Shown: piece after piece, positions 30,268 to 47,097 of the stretch
How the letters are laid out: the number at the start of each line of letters is the position of its first letter
How positions within the stretch are numbered: position 1 is the stretch's first letter
DNA from: the human T2T-CHM13v2.0 reference genome, Homo sapiens
Length of the DNA: 64,000 nucleotides
Reading direction: 5' to 3' (one strand)
NCBI RefSeq assembly: GCF_009914755.1
Contig: NC_060929.1
Notes under the pieces: generated by a model
Told to the model about the DNA's origin: nothing
Seen by the model: the letters and a program-made list of their open reading frames with translations, nothing else
Database searches by the model: none
Position numbers and translations under genes: made by a program

Positions 30268-30543
30268 CAGACAGTCTCTCTGTCACCCAGGCTGGGTGCA
30301 GTGGCATGATCTTGGCTCACTGCAAAGTCCGCCTCCTGGGTTCAAGCGATTCTCATGCCTCAGCCTCCTGAGTGACTGGGATTACAGGCGTGTACCAGCA
30401 AGCCTGAATAATTTTTGTATTTTCAGTAGAGACGGGGTTTCACCATGTTGTCCAGGCTAGTCTCGAACTCCTGGCCTCAAGTGATCTGCCTGCCTTGGCC
30501 TCCCAAAGTGCTGGGGTTACAGGCGTGAGCCACTGTGCATGGC
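30268..30543 (-). mobile_element. AluS lacking A-tail, within old L1M sequence
   Basis: Antisense Alu body. Confidence 0.92.
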
Positions 30544-30719
30544 TAGTGTTTTACTATAATATTTTCAGGTGTTGGTCTCATCGTGTTTATCTTTCCTAAA
30601 GTTCTTCAAGGCTTGTAAATGTATAAGTCGATGTTTTTCATTATCATAACTTCGATTTTTGCTTTGTACTCATCCTCCCTCTTAACTTTTAGAATTATGT
30701 ACAGATGTTTACTATATCC

Positions 30720-30822
30720 ATATAATAGTATAGATATTAAATATATATACATTATTTATAATTATATAATATATAGAATATATATATACTATATTTTATA
30801 TATAAATTATATATATGTATAC
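30720..30822. repeat. Degenerate (TA)n low-complexity tract
   Basis: Direct reading. Confidence 0.85.
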
Positions 30823-31099
30823 ACAGTTGGCTTTTTTTTACCATGTCCTGAATGTATCTTATAATATGCTATATTCTTCCATTTTTTTAATCTCTCTGTG
30901 ATTACATTTGATTACTTTTATTCAACTAGTTTCTAGTTCAATTATCCCAATTTCTGCTAGTCCAATCTTCTATTAAACCTATCCATTGAGTGGATTGCAA
31001 ATATTGCGTTTTTCCACATTTTCAGTATCCTTTTGACTGTTTATAAATTCTGTATTCCCCCCCTTTTTTTATATATAAATTCTGTATTCTCCTTGTTTT

Positions 31100-31985
<886 letters not shown>

Positions 31986-33179
31986 AATAGTTTCTTCTTA
32001 AATAAGTTTTATTTTAAAATATTTAAAATTGAATCCAACAATTAGTTGATTTTGAGGGTTCACTCCAGAAAAACAAAAATTAATTAAATATCTTACTGCT
32101 CTTATGACAGAGCCAGCTTTTGTGTTCAGATGTAGAAATGCCCTTTCATGAAACTTTCTTAATTTTTTTCTCCCTTTCTCATTTTAATATGCGTCTTTTA
32201 AAAAATTCCTTATGAATGTTATTGTTTGGGGGCAGCTTGCTGTAAACTGCTACAAACTATTAAAGTAAGAATGATATAAATATACAAAAATGACTGAAAT
32301 ATGAATATACTGGGTGGATTATGAATTTTTCAATTTGCTATCTCATTCGTGGTTTTGTAATTTACCTTTCCATGCTTAACTGGGGGTGAAAGTTGGTTCG
32401 TGACATTCACTTGTGGAATTTCTCATTCCATCTGCTGTCATAGAGGCTTGACCTTTCCTTCAGTCTTCCTTAATAGCAAAATGAAAGAGGCTCGAGAATG
32501 TACAGAAATTGTTTGTTTCTTTAGTATTTCAAAGAAAACATTTCTTTAGTCTATATACTCTTGATAATTGGGGCAATATCAAGTCACCATTTACGTTTTT
32601 CATTTGTTTGTTTTCAAAGAACAAGCTAAGACACCGCCTTGTGCATTCTTGACTGTTGTTCAGAGCTGGAGGCTCTTACTAGGAATGATAATTAGACAAT
32701 GTTTGGGTAAGAAAATGAAAGTTCATGGCACTATCAGCTAACACAGTGAATGGTTTCAAATGATTTCGAATACCAAAGTCTCTTTCTATGTTTATTTCTC
32801 ATGAAGTAACATTTTGACTTACTACTAATAATGTGTTAGACTTCTTCGAAAAGATATAGTCTCCCAATATAATATAGGGAAACTAACTGCCAAATGCACT
32901 ATACTCTGTAAATTCAGAAGACAGTGATTTTTAGGAATACTTATTCAAGGTTTTCTTGTCATGACGTTCTTTGTTCAGCAAGGCAATATTTTAGTTTGAT
33001 GATTTCAGTGACTTATGGCCGCATTATGCCAGTGATTTACAAAGTCCTATTTGGTTAGCTTCCAATTTTTCTCTCCCTTTTCTTTTCAAATTGAAAAAAT
33101 ATCTTTAATTTATCTCAGTCATAATCACATTTTATAAGAATTTATGTATATAGTGGTCTGACCTTTCTCTAGCAGTGAG

Positions 33180-33430
33180 CACTTACTTTCAGCTCCCAAT
33201 AACAAAAACCTGACTTCAGAGGTTTATCCTTCATAAGGATTCATTCTCTTACATAAAAGAGGTATGAAAGTTGGCTGTCCAGGTTCCGATATCAACTCCA
33301 CAAAATGGAAAAGGCTCAGATGCACTTCTATTTTCTATCTGTACTACCACCTTTAGCATCGAGCTTCCAACTATAAGCAGAAGGGCAGCTGGGATCACAG
33401 CACTCAGCCTATCCCATCAACATTTCTAGC
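33180..33430. mobile_element. LTR33-like (ERVL) LTR fragment
   Basis: ctttcagctcccaataacaaaaacctgact...cattctcttacataaaagagg resembles LTR33. Confidence 0.45.
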
Positions 33431-34409
33431 TGAAGGAGCCCTGCTGATAGTGCATGCCTTCATGTGGATGCCAAAGTTAATGAGATAAAAGACACTTTTC
33501 TAAGTGAAAATTAAAACAATGTGAAAAAAACAGGTTTTATGCACTAAAGTTTTTAAAAGAGTAACTAGATTAAATATATGTTTAGAGAACGTTAAGGTCC
33601 CTGAAAGATTATTTTATTACAGAAAGAGAATTTTGCAGACCATGGTTTGCAAACCTGGTCACCAGATCTACTGGTCATACAAAATTGTGACTTAACAAAT
33701 CACTCCTTGGTTTTAACATTTTTTTAGGAACCTTAGACCTCCCATATCAGGGTTGCCAAAAAATGGTAATGGGCTAAGGGTGGTATACAATATCAATGAG
33801 TTTCCCTTGCACACCCTTTTGTTAGCAATCTATGGATCTAGTGATCATCCAGCAATGTAAAGTACATCACCAGTGATTTACAATATATTTGTACCATTAA
33901 TAATTTAACACAACAACCCCAGCAAACAGATTTATCTCTAAAGTTGCATATGTATTCATAAGATTTATTAAAATATCCATACCTATTTTTATGCACAATA
34001 TAAATTTTATAGTGATAGGACAATTAAATAGTTATAACTTGTCAACAACTCATAGAACTTAATTTTCTTTAATAGCTGATGATTTCCCAATAAATGGCTT
34101 ATGATGCGCTTCATCATCTTAATGAAATGTGAAGCTCTTTAAAATGAATGTGCTTGCAGAGGAGGTAATAATGCACTTCATAACAACATTGTAGATAACT
34201 CGTGATTTGCTAGCATGTTTTCCTCACATGATTCTGCCATAAATACATTATTACTGCATTAAACCTGCCATTAAAATAAAGTGAGGAAAACATTCAAAAC
34301 AGTATAACTTAAGTTATTCATCCCATGCAAATATTTTGTATCAAAGGGAAAAGTTAAATTAACATTCTGAAACTCAAGAAATGCATCCACAATGGTTTTT
34401 CATTGTTTT

Positions 34410-36031
<1,622 letters not shown>

Positions 36032-36044
36032 GGTTTTTCATTGT

Positions 36045-36101
36045 TTTATCCTAAAAATACCATGATATTAATGCTTTATCCTAAAAATACCATGATATTA
36101 A
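36045..36101. repeat. 30-bp period tandem duplication
   Basis: tttatcctaaaaataccatgatattaa at 36045-36071 and 36075-36101. Confidence 0.95.
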
Positions 36102-36224
36102 ATTTGCTTCTTGGTTACTATGTAAGTATTGTATTCCTGGAAGATTTTGAGATGCCTATGGTTCCCTGGAGTCATCTGATATCCACAGAACTTCTCAATA
36201 TTGTCTTCAAAAAGTATTACATAC

Positions 36225-36453
36225 TGCATATGACTGTATGTGCTATACTTTTATATGACTGAGAGTACAGCAAGTTTGTTTCCACTAGCATCACCACAAC
36301 CACGAGTAAATGTGTTGCATTATGTCATTCTGTCATGACAGTTATGACATCATCAGGCAACAGGAAGTTTTTGCTCCATTATAGTCTCATAAAACCACTG
36401 TCACATATGGGGTCCATCATTGGCCAAAACATTGTTATGCAGTGTGTGACTAT
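36225..36453. mobile_element. MER47 (Tigger-family MITE) fragment
   Basis: tttgtttccactagcatcaccacaa...gctccattatagtctcat...aaacattgttatgcagtgtgtgact. Confidence 0.8.
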
Positions 36454-37768
36454 ACTTCTAAAGTCATCCATCTACAATACATGACTTTTCTCTATATATT
36501 ATATTTTCTATTGCCAGGAAATAGATTCACACATATGTAGAGTTTGAACCAACTGCATATGAATCATCTGTAAATGTAAGGGAGAAGTTTTTATTATAGG
36601 ATTTAGAATTTGGACCCTAATGAATTTTTGAAAATTATTACAATAGTAATCAAATAAATTATATTGTGTAATTCCCAGTGTCTGAGTCTTCACGTAACAT
36701 AGTATAACATGGAAACCAATGTTTGTCCTGTTCTTGCTTTATATATGTTTCTACATATTAAAAACCAACAAATTTTCAGACAAAAGTTATATATACACTT
36801 GTGAAAAACAAACAAAAACAGATTTTAAGTGCTAGACAGTAACTTGTCATTTTTCCTGACTTCTTATTCAACTTCCTCTTGGACACTTTTCAAATTGGCG
36901 GATGGTATTTGACATGAATTAGACTTCTGTGTCATTGACTAGTCTTGTTGCAAAAGCCAAACACCATAGAGAATAAAATTATACTGAGAAAATCTGAGAT
37001 CAACTTATCTCTCTGTGGATGTCAATTCAAGCTCTAATTCCTTTGGGAAACTGTTTTTTAAAAGAAGCCCTCATTGTTTTAGTACAAGGATGCTGGAAGA
37101 CCTCATTTCAGACAGAGGTAATCCAAGAAATTAGATTGTATGTTTTGTTCAAGCCACATTTAAGATTCCCTTCTGGAAAAACTTTGTCTTGAGTCTGTTC
37201 TTTTTGGCACCTTCAACATACATCCAATCGAGTATCCTACTATAATTTGTTTTTTGGGCTTCAATCTCCCAACTAAGTCTATAGCTTTTTTTAATAGGAC
37301 TTTTTTTTTTTAAAAAAAAAAAACCTCTCCAGCATCTAGCATAATAACTGATACATAAAAAGTGATCAACATGTTTTATAAAAAAAGAAATACTACAAAA
37401 TTACTACTACACAGCGTACTTATATACCTGGTTTTAATTAATTTATTAGATGTTGTTTCTAATTTAGTTGAAGTAAAGTTACTCTTTCTTATTAATTTAG
37501 GATTAGTGGAAATGTATGCTTTTCTACTGATACTTGGTGTGCAGTTTAATGCCTGTAGCTGAGAATAGATACTTTCCTTCTCTGTTCATATGCAGCACAG
37601 CACCTCACAAGACTACATACTCAAGTCTTTAATCTGTGCTAAATGGTCTTCAAGGAGGAGATGCAAGCTAGATATATTTTAATGTAGCATTATTATATCA
37701 ATATTCTTTGTGCTTAGTGAAAAGGATTGTTTTTTATTGTTTCCTAAATGTAAAAATGGGTATGAATT

Positions 37769-38046
37769 CTTTTTTTTTTTTTTTAATTTTTGAGATGGAG
37801 CCTCACTCTGTCACCCAGGCTGAAGTGCAGTGGTATGATTGAGGTCAAGCAATTCTCCTGCCTCAGCCTCCCGAGTAACTGAGATTACAGGTGCCTGCCA
37901 CCACACCTGGCTAATTTTTCTATTTTTAGTAGAGACAGGGTTTCACCATGTTTGCCAGGTTGGTCTCAAACTCCTGACCTCAAGTGATCTGCCCACCTAG
38001 GCCTCCCAAAGTACTGGACTTACAGGCATGAACCACCGTGCTCAGC
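37769..38046 (-). mobile_element. AluS with internal deletion
   Basis: Antisense Alu, poly-T; decayed TSD gggtatgaattct / gggtatggagttct. Confidence 0.93.
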
Positions 38047-38292
38047 AGGGTATGGAGTTCTAAGAAATGCTTTTTTGATGTAAACTATTAAATATTGCCT
38101 CACATTAACAAACTTATTAATATTGAATTACTTGTGCCTCTGGAATTAACAGTACTTTGTCACTATGTAGTATCCTTTTTAAGAACCTGCTAGATTCAAT
38201 TTTAGAGCTGTTTCAGGACTCTAGTATTAATATTCATAAGTTGTTCAATCACTTTCTTTCCCATGATGCAAATCCGGATACAAAAGCCAGCT

Positions 38293-38680
38293 TGTATTAG
38301 TGGGGATAAACGAGATTGTGCTAAAGTAATGAATAAACACCTAACTCTCAGTTTTTAACCAAAGGTCTATTTTTAGGCAATGGTCTAGATACAAAGCTAG
38401 TAAACTGGGGACTCTCTTCCACAAAATCACTCAGGGACTTTAGTGCAATGAATCACCATTTCTGGCCGCAGTGTTGGAACTTGGGAACTTCACCGTCACT
38501 GGGGCAGAAGAGACCGCATGAAGATCTCACACCGACTGAGGCCATGCCAGCCAAATGTCACATCTTGCAGACCACTAGTTGCAACTAGACTTGTGACTTG
38601 TCAAATGGCTAGGTTGTGTAGTCTTCCTTGTGCCTGAATGGAGAATTGCATTTTGGTAACCCATAGCAGCCATTAACATA
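38293..38680 (-). mobile_element. Old MLT1 (J/K/L-like) LTR
   Basis: tgtattagt terminus followed by decayed MLT1 antisense motifs. Confidence 0.5.
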
Positions 38681-38837
38681 TTTCTATGTTTGTCATGCTC
38701 TAAAAGAATTGTAATAACTTATAGTGTCTACCTCCTAGAAATTCTGTAGGATTAAATCGGTTAATATGTCTGGGGCCTGGCACATAGTGTGCACTAAAAC
38801 CTGTCTATTTCTATAATTATTATACTAATTAGTAGTA

Positions 38838-39511
38838 CAGCTGTCCTACATATCCATGGGGGATACATTTTAGATCCCAGCGGATGCCCGAAATCATGGA
38901 TCATAGTAGTAAACTGTCTATACATTACAGAGAGTTTTATTTCCCATGCATACATAACTATGATAAAGTATGATCTATACATTAGGCACAATAAAAGATC
39001 AACAATAATAACTAATAATAAAACAGAAGAATTATACCCATATACTGCTCACAATTTCACAGATAGCAGATTCATTCTTACCATGGATCTTTGCAATCAT
39101 AGCATATAAGTTTTTTTATTTCCGCATTAAGTTGAAGACATTCGCCTTTCCACTTAAAGCACTTGAGGGCTTCCCTATGATACATCCACGTTTCCACCAT
39201 ATCATTATTCTTGTCCTTTGGGGTCATTATTAAATAAAATAAGGGTTGCTTGAACACAAGCACTGAGATTCTGCCACAGTCAATTTGATAACACAGAGGG
39301 CTACTAAGTGACTAACAGTCAGGCAGAGTAGACAGTGTGGATTTGCTGTACAAAGGGATGGTGCAGGTCCCTGAAGGGTTGGATAGTATAAGATTTCAAC
39401 ATGCAATTTATAACTTATAAATTGTTTATTTCTGGACTTTCCGTTGGGCCTTTGTTGGCCACTGGTAACTGAAACCAAGGAAAGCAAAACTGCAGATAAG
39501 AGGGACTACTG
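38838..39511 (-). mobile_element. MER44 (Tigger7 derivative) non-autonomous DNA transposon
   Basis: TIR-like ends cagctgtcctacatatcc / gataagagggactactg; TA target duplications at 38836-38837 and 39512-39513. Confidence 0.9.
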
Positions 39512-39826
39512 TAATAATGGTGGTAGTGGTAGTCGTAGGGATAGTAGTAACAGTTACATCTGCAGTAGTAGCAGTAGTAGTGATACTGACAATAACAATA
39601 GCAGCAGTAATAATAGTGGTAGTCATTATAGCGAAGACAGTAGTGGCAGTAGGAGCAATGGTAGTAGGAATAGTGGGGATAGCAGTAGCAGGTGTAGCAG
39701 TAGCAGTAATAGTAGTAGTAACAGCAGTAGTAGTAATAGAAATAGTGGCAAGGATAGTAGTAACAGTGATAATAGTAATAGCAGCAGCAGCAACACTAGT
39801 AGTATTTGTAGCAGTAGCAGTAGTGG
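39512..39826. repeat. Degenerate trinucleotide repeat (AGT/AGC/AAT/GGT)n
   Basis: Direct reading; triplet phase is preserved over ~315 bp. Confidence 0.95.
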
Positions 39827-40109
39827 TACCAGTCCCTTCATTGCTTGGAAGAATTCACAAAAATTGGACATATACATCAAACTAAATTTTTACCATGTGA
39901 ATTTCATGTTCCATTTTAAATTTTATCCCAATCATCTATAAATAATTCTCTTAGAGATTCAGTAGCGACATATCTATTTTAATCTATATTTGAAAACCCT
40001 ATTGAAATGGTTCATTCTACTATAATAGCACTTTATATGCTCACATAAGTGTTTTCATCTCCTCTGTGGTAGCTACTATCTTAGGCACTGGAACCAGAGG
40101 CTTTGCTCC

Positions 40110-40270
40110 AACCTCCACCTCTTCTGAGTTTTCTCTTTTTCCTCAGTTTTAATATGTAAGTCATAACAATATGACCTTGTAGGATTTTTTAAGGATTCAA
40201 TGAGTTAATATGCATCAGGTACACAGAAGAGTGTCCAGCCTAGAATAATTGTTCACTTAGAGCTGTTAGG
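40110..40270 (+). mobile_element. MIR fragment
   Basis: cctcagtttt...aggattcaatgagttaatatgca. Confidence 0.55.
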
Positions 40271-40499
40271 CGTCATTAATGGCGCCTCTGTCCCATGCTG
40301 TCTATTTGCACCAGCCCCTTTTTCTCTTAATCAGACATCAAACATTTGTCTATCTTTGACCTGATGGATTGCTTTTAGCTGTTATATTTCATAATCCATT
40401 TCTCAAGCATTTTTGGGGCAATTTTTATTGTTTTTGCCAAGGTCCTACAGTCACGTAAATAGTGAATTTATTTTCAGTGTTTGCTCAATTACATGCATT

Positions 40500-41030
40500 T
40501 AGCGCTATACTTTTTTCCTAATTGATTTGTATTTTCTTAATAGCTAATAATGTATCTTTTCATGTCCCTATTGACCATTCATATATCTCTCTTCTAATAT
40601 GTCTTTTAAAATATTTTTCTCATTTTAATTTTTTTCTTCTTATTACTGAACAGTACAAGTTTTCTATATATTCTGGATAATACAAATGTTTTATTTTAGC
40701 TCGTGGCATGTCCTCTCTTTTTATTTTTTTAATCTTTAAAAGTGCAGACGTTTTTAATTTATGTTTCTTTTAATGTCTATAATTTATGCATTCTAAGAAA
40801 ATTTGTGTGCCCCAAGGTCACAGCATTTGTCTTATAGAAGTCTTATAATTTAAGGTTTTACATTTACATTTAGGTTCTTATCCATTTAAAGGAAATGAAT
40901 GTTGTGGGATAGGTTGTTCATCCACCTGCTACCACATGTAAGCATAGTCTATGGTTCCAACATGGTTTGTTGAAAAAAAAAACTATATCTATCATTTTGC
41001 TATGCTTTTTACTTTTATATAATGTTTGAT
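40500..41030 (-). mobile_element. Ancient L1ME-like fragment
   Basis: ttgaccattcatatatctct, ttctatatattctggata, ccaacatggtttgttgaaaa. Confidence 0.65.
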
Positions 41031-42018
41031 GGGTTTTTTGCTGTTGTTTCCTCTTTTGGTTCATTTTGGCTTAGTTCATTGATTATCATTATATGGCTTG
41101 TGGTTGTATGTTTTTTAACCATATGTTCAGGAATTACATTAGAGATTACAACATACCTCTGTGTAGAGAGGCACACAGCAGAGCACAAGCTCGCTGCTCA
41201 GCATTGCTCTTCTTTCGAGGAGTTTGGCCCCTCAAGCATGAATTGTCTACCATTTTGGTTCCAACTATACCTTTGGCATAAAATCCTAGAACAGCAATCT
41301 TTCAGTAAAATCTCTTCACATTGATAAAACTTTTGACACCTGTTCTAAACTGTCTTTCACAAAGACTGAATCCATTTACTCTATCACCGAGGTATATAGC
41401 AGAAAGTATATTTACTTATAAAGTGATTCACTTCTATTGTTTCTTGTAGCAATACAGGCGGTAAACAAAGATGTAAAAAATTGAAGGAGTGATTCTGTCT
41501 ACAAGAAAATTATTCTATATATTAGGGAGAAAATGTAGTGACCAAGAATCCTTTTTAGCTTAATAAAAAAAAGATAAATGAATGGCTTTTCCTTGATGAA
41601 CTCCAAGCATCATATCAAGATCACTATAAATTTAACACTAGACAGTATATCAAAGAATAATATTACAGAGAATTTATGGTTTCACTTATATCACTTGGCT
41701 GTGAGAAGAACTAAACCTTTGTTTTGTGCCTTTCACTGTTTTGTGTAGATTTTTTTCATCAAGGCATAAATGATAGTTCATGTGTTTTAATAAACTGTGC
41801 ATGATTTGAGGTTTGGAACTCTACTTATTCCCAATTACATGCAACAGCTCCTACTGTGCTGTTAGTACTTTAAAAAAGTGTGTTGAATGAATGTTTCGTA
41901 TGGGACCTAAACTTTGCAACATCAGCAAAATCTTTCATCTAAATTACGTCATCATAAGAATTGCCTTTTCCTGAAAAATTTTTCATGAGTGGCAAATAAG
42001 ATCCTCTTCTGTTGATCA

Positions 42019-42390
<372 letters not shown>

Positions 42391-43499
42391 TCACAGGTCA
42401 GTATTGAATAAAAAGAATCACATAATTTGTTATCTCAATTATTGTTTAAATATACATTTTCATATATTTTCTAATTTCAGAGTCTTTTCTTGCTAGTATA
42501 GCTAGTATACAAATGAGAAGAAATTATTATTTTTATAATGTCAAATCTGAGACTTAAAAAATTCTGGCCGTCTGCCATCATTCCTGCCTTACGCTCTCAG
42601 GATCTATGACGTATGGGTATGTGTGAGCCTGAGAACAAATTGTGGCTCCTGCAAACGTGGGGAGAGGACTCAGTTTGCACACACTCTACAATGTGGTAGA
42701 GAAGCCTGAAGCAGTGTTTACCTACTTCCTCATATGTCTTAGTCAAGATTCTCCCTGCACCATAATAAAAGCCTCTTGGCCTACTTGGCCTTGGGTATTA
42801 AATACGTCTGCAGAGCTTCAGGCACACCCTCACAAAAGTTCTCTCTAAGCACACTTTTTTTACAGAGCAATGGAGCCCAAAGTATTGATGAAACTATTAA
42901 TCAAAACATCATTCCTTCAAATTTTAAATTATGTTATTCAATATTCTTGTGACAGTTATGATTTTAAAGGAGCTAAACTTCATTTTTTTTAGATGAAAAA
43001 GTCTCAAAAATTCTCAACAACTAAATATCCTAAGGGATGAAAATTTTCCAAGCTATAGGCATTCTGTTGAATTAAGACAAATCTATAGAAGGCCTTCAGG
43101 GAAAATCTCTTACAAATAACTATCCCAATAATGTTGGCGATGATTGTTTCCGCCTCAACAACTTGGTCACCATTTACTCCTTTGTTTACTCAGGTAACAG
43201 TATAGTTACATATATGGCAGGTTAAAAAATAACACAGCACACATCTAGCAAAAATATTATCTGAATCCGTAAAATGCAAAGCTATAAGCCATGGAGTGTA
43301 TGGAGTAGAGGGAAAGAAAAGCAGCATTACCAAAAATATTACCTAATGCTTTCCCTGAGAAACTGAGGATACTTTTCCATATGTCTGAAATTTGTTAACT
43401 TTGTGTGAGTTAATACATTTTTTAAAAATTATTTTCTGTTATACACAATGCATACAGTTTAGTATATAATGTTTATTCATTTAATGTTTGGTATGAACA

Positions 43500-44010
43500 G
43501 TCTTAGCACATCAATACTAATAAATAATTTGAACAAGAACCATTGATTTAGCCCATGATTCTGTGGGTGGGAAACTCAGTCTGGGCTCCATCTGTTAGTT
43601 CTGCTGATCTTTGCTATTCTGGCTCACGCACTGTGGTCAGCCAGAGAGATGGCAGGTATTGATTGGTCCAGATGATCTCATGCTTAACAGTTCTATGGCT
43701 GTTAGTTGGGGCAATAAGGGGTGATTGAATAATGTGTTCTTGTTATCCAGCAGTGTGCACAGAGGTTGACTGCACTGAACTAACTGTTTCCAAGAGAGCT
43801 AGCCAAGTGTACAAGACCTCTTGAGGCCTGGATTTGGGATTGACTCACCTTCATTTTCCCATATTTCAATAGCCAAAGCTTGTCATAGGACTGGGGAAGG
43901 GAAGGGGTAGAAAACATACTCCACTCCTCGAAGAAGGACATGGAAAGTTATGTTACAAAGCACAAAAATCGGGGAAAAGTGAAGAATTGTGGCTGACTTT
44001 TCCATCTATG
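43500..44010 (-). mobile_element. MLT1 (H-like) LTR
   Basis: catgattctgtgggt...ctcttgaggcctgg...gaagaattgtggc motifs. Confidence 0.7.
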
Positions 44011-44927
44011 AGAAGTCACTTAAGTATTTTTGAGAAATGTTGTGACAAAATAAAATCAAACACAAAATAAAACAAAAGGGAAATTTTGTATATTGTAAAA
44101 CCATTGGTGTTTATGAAAATGGTATGAAAATCCACATTTAGCTTTACAATGTCTCTCTTTGTTACTACCTTGTCTTCTGCATTATGTAGCACAAATAACA
44201 TTGTTCACACCTCCTAGTAGGGTACATTAAAATGGTGAGGACCTTGGAAAAGACAAAGGTTCAAATTTGATATCCACATATAACTGATCAAAATAAGTTG
44301 TCATTATTTTCTTTGTGCAAGCATTTAAATTTAAAATACCTTTTAGTGATGATTGCCTGAGATATTGCAAGAGTCAAAAAATCTCTAATATTCAAAAATA
44401 AAAATTAGCCTCATTAATTTCTTCTCATTGTTTGGCCTCTTGTTTGACATTCATGTAGGTTATTTTCATAATGAAGTTTTGACTTTTACTTTGTAGAAAT
44501 ATTTTCTTATCACCAACACATTCAAAGGTTGGTAAAATAATGAAATGTCTTTAATATTTGAGAGAAATCTATTTTAACCAACTAAAATTAGTTAATAGTT
44601 TTTGTCATCTTTTACTGTGCTTCTGATGTTAAAAGCAAGCCAGACGACACTAACTGAAGTCCAAATTAAAGTAGCTTTGTAAGCATTGTTCTTTTTCTCC
44701 AAATTAACTCCATTTGAAATATCTCAAATCCAAATTTACCAAAGAAAGGTTAGAGCATAATAACATAGATGTGATATGTCACCTTCAGATCTTCTGCTGG
44801 GGCCCAGTCATGAGAGCATTGCCACTGGTTAACCCACAATCTCCCTCAGCTAAGCAGTCCTCACACCGTGGCTGCTCTAGAGATCAGTGCTTTCCTTATC
44901 AGGTCCTGACCATCCACTTTTGCAGCC

Positions 44928-44971
44928 TCCCCAACCCACCACCAGTGTTCCCCAACCCACCACCAGTATTC
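44928..44971. repeat. 21-bp tandem duplication (ccccaacccaccaccagtRtt)
   Basis: Direct reading. Confidence 0.9.
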
Positions 44972-45734
44972 ACTTGGCAAATATCCTCACTCATCATACA
45001 CATGGAACCCTTTCCCTGCGGCATACCATCATGGTTTTCTGTATTGTTTTATTCTGTTTGCTTTTGTTTTTGCTGGTGAGTTCTGTATCCATAAGGACTC
45101 TAGCAGGAATTAGTGGATCTTCTCAACCTAAGGTGTGTTTAATAAAAGGACTTGGACCCTTTGCAGAGGTGTATGTGGAAGTTATGAGAACCCACAGAGA
45201 ATGGGACAAAACACAGAAAGTAGAAATTGAGGGATGGTATTAACATTCTTTTGCTTGAAGGAAGAAAGGAGAGTAAGTATTGCCAGAAGATAAGGGAACT
45301 GTACCAATGGAGAAAAGTCATCCAAGGCAGAGCTGGGGTTGCAGGTGGAAGAATGCAGCTTGGCTCAAGAGTGGCATGGATGGAAAGGAAAGGTGGGAGG
45401 ATGGAGGAACTATCCAGAGATCACTTTCTCTTTCTGCGTTCAAATTTTTAAACTCAAATATACACTAAGGGTAAAGAGTTCTGGGTAATGCAAGCCACAG
45501 AAATAAACCTTCTGGGGCACAGACATAATCAGCAGAGTAACATGAATAAATGCCTCTCAACCTGAACATAGTAAAATAAAACACGAAAAGCTTTAGTGCC
45601 TACCAGATCCTAAGCAAAGCCTGGGAATAAGAATTGACCAGCATTAGGAATGACCTTGTATTTGTAAATCGATTGAGCTGGTGTAACTTAATTGAGGAAT
45701 GTTTGAGCAAAGTAGAGCTTGTGTTCTAGGTGAA

Positions 45735-46109
45735 TGTAATGCTTTGGCTGTGCCCCCACCCAAAACTCATCAACAATTGTAATCCAAATTGTAATCCCCA
45801 AGTGTCCAGGGAGGGACCTGATGGGAGGTGACTGGATCATGGCAGTTTCCCCCATATTGTTTTCATGATAGTGAGTGAGTCCTCAGAAGAACTGATGGTT
45901 TTATAAGTGTTTGGCAGTTCCTCTCTTGTGCTTCACTCTGTCTCCTGCTGCCTTGTGAAGAAGGTAACTGCTCCCCTTCTGACATGACTCTAAGTTTCCT
46001 GAGGCCTCCCTAGCCATGCAGAACTGTGAGTCAATTAAACATGCTTTGTTTATAAATTACCCAGTATCAGGTAGTATCTTTATAGCAGTGTGAAAACAGA
46101 CTAACAGAA
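45735..46109 (+). mobile_element. THE1D-like solo LTR
   Basis: tttggctgtgcccccacccaa...tttatagcagtgtgaaaacagactaa. Confidence 0.9.
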
Positions 46110-46413
46110 CAGTGGATGTGGTCAGTCAAGTAGGGAGGAGACAGTTCCTGTAAAGAAATGTAATTCTAATTTCTGCTAAGTGACAACACTAAAATACTTT
46201 GATTCTCATTGCTCTAGCATGCTCCTCCTTCCTGAAATTATTTTAGAACAGTGAAGTCTAGAATTATTTTTGAAGGAAATACTAGGCCAGAAGGAAAGTC
46301 ATTAGAAGACACCTCTTACATTTTTAGAAAATTGTTATATAAAAGAAAGCTTTGAGGTGGCCTGTGTGGCTTTGCAGAAGAAGATATTATAAAATATTCA
46401 AAGCGACTAAGGG

Positions 46414-47097
<684 letters not shown>

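Noticed and set aside
39517-39885. Hydrophobic multi-TM-looking 122-aa protein
   Set aside because: Translation of a degenerate triplet repeat; not called as a CDS.
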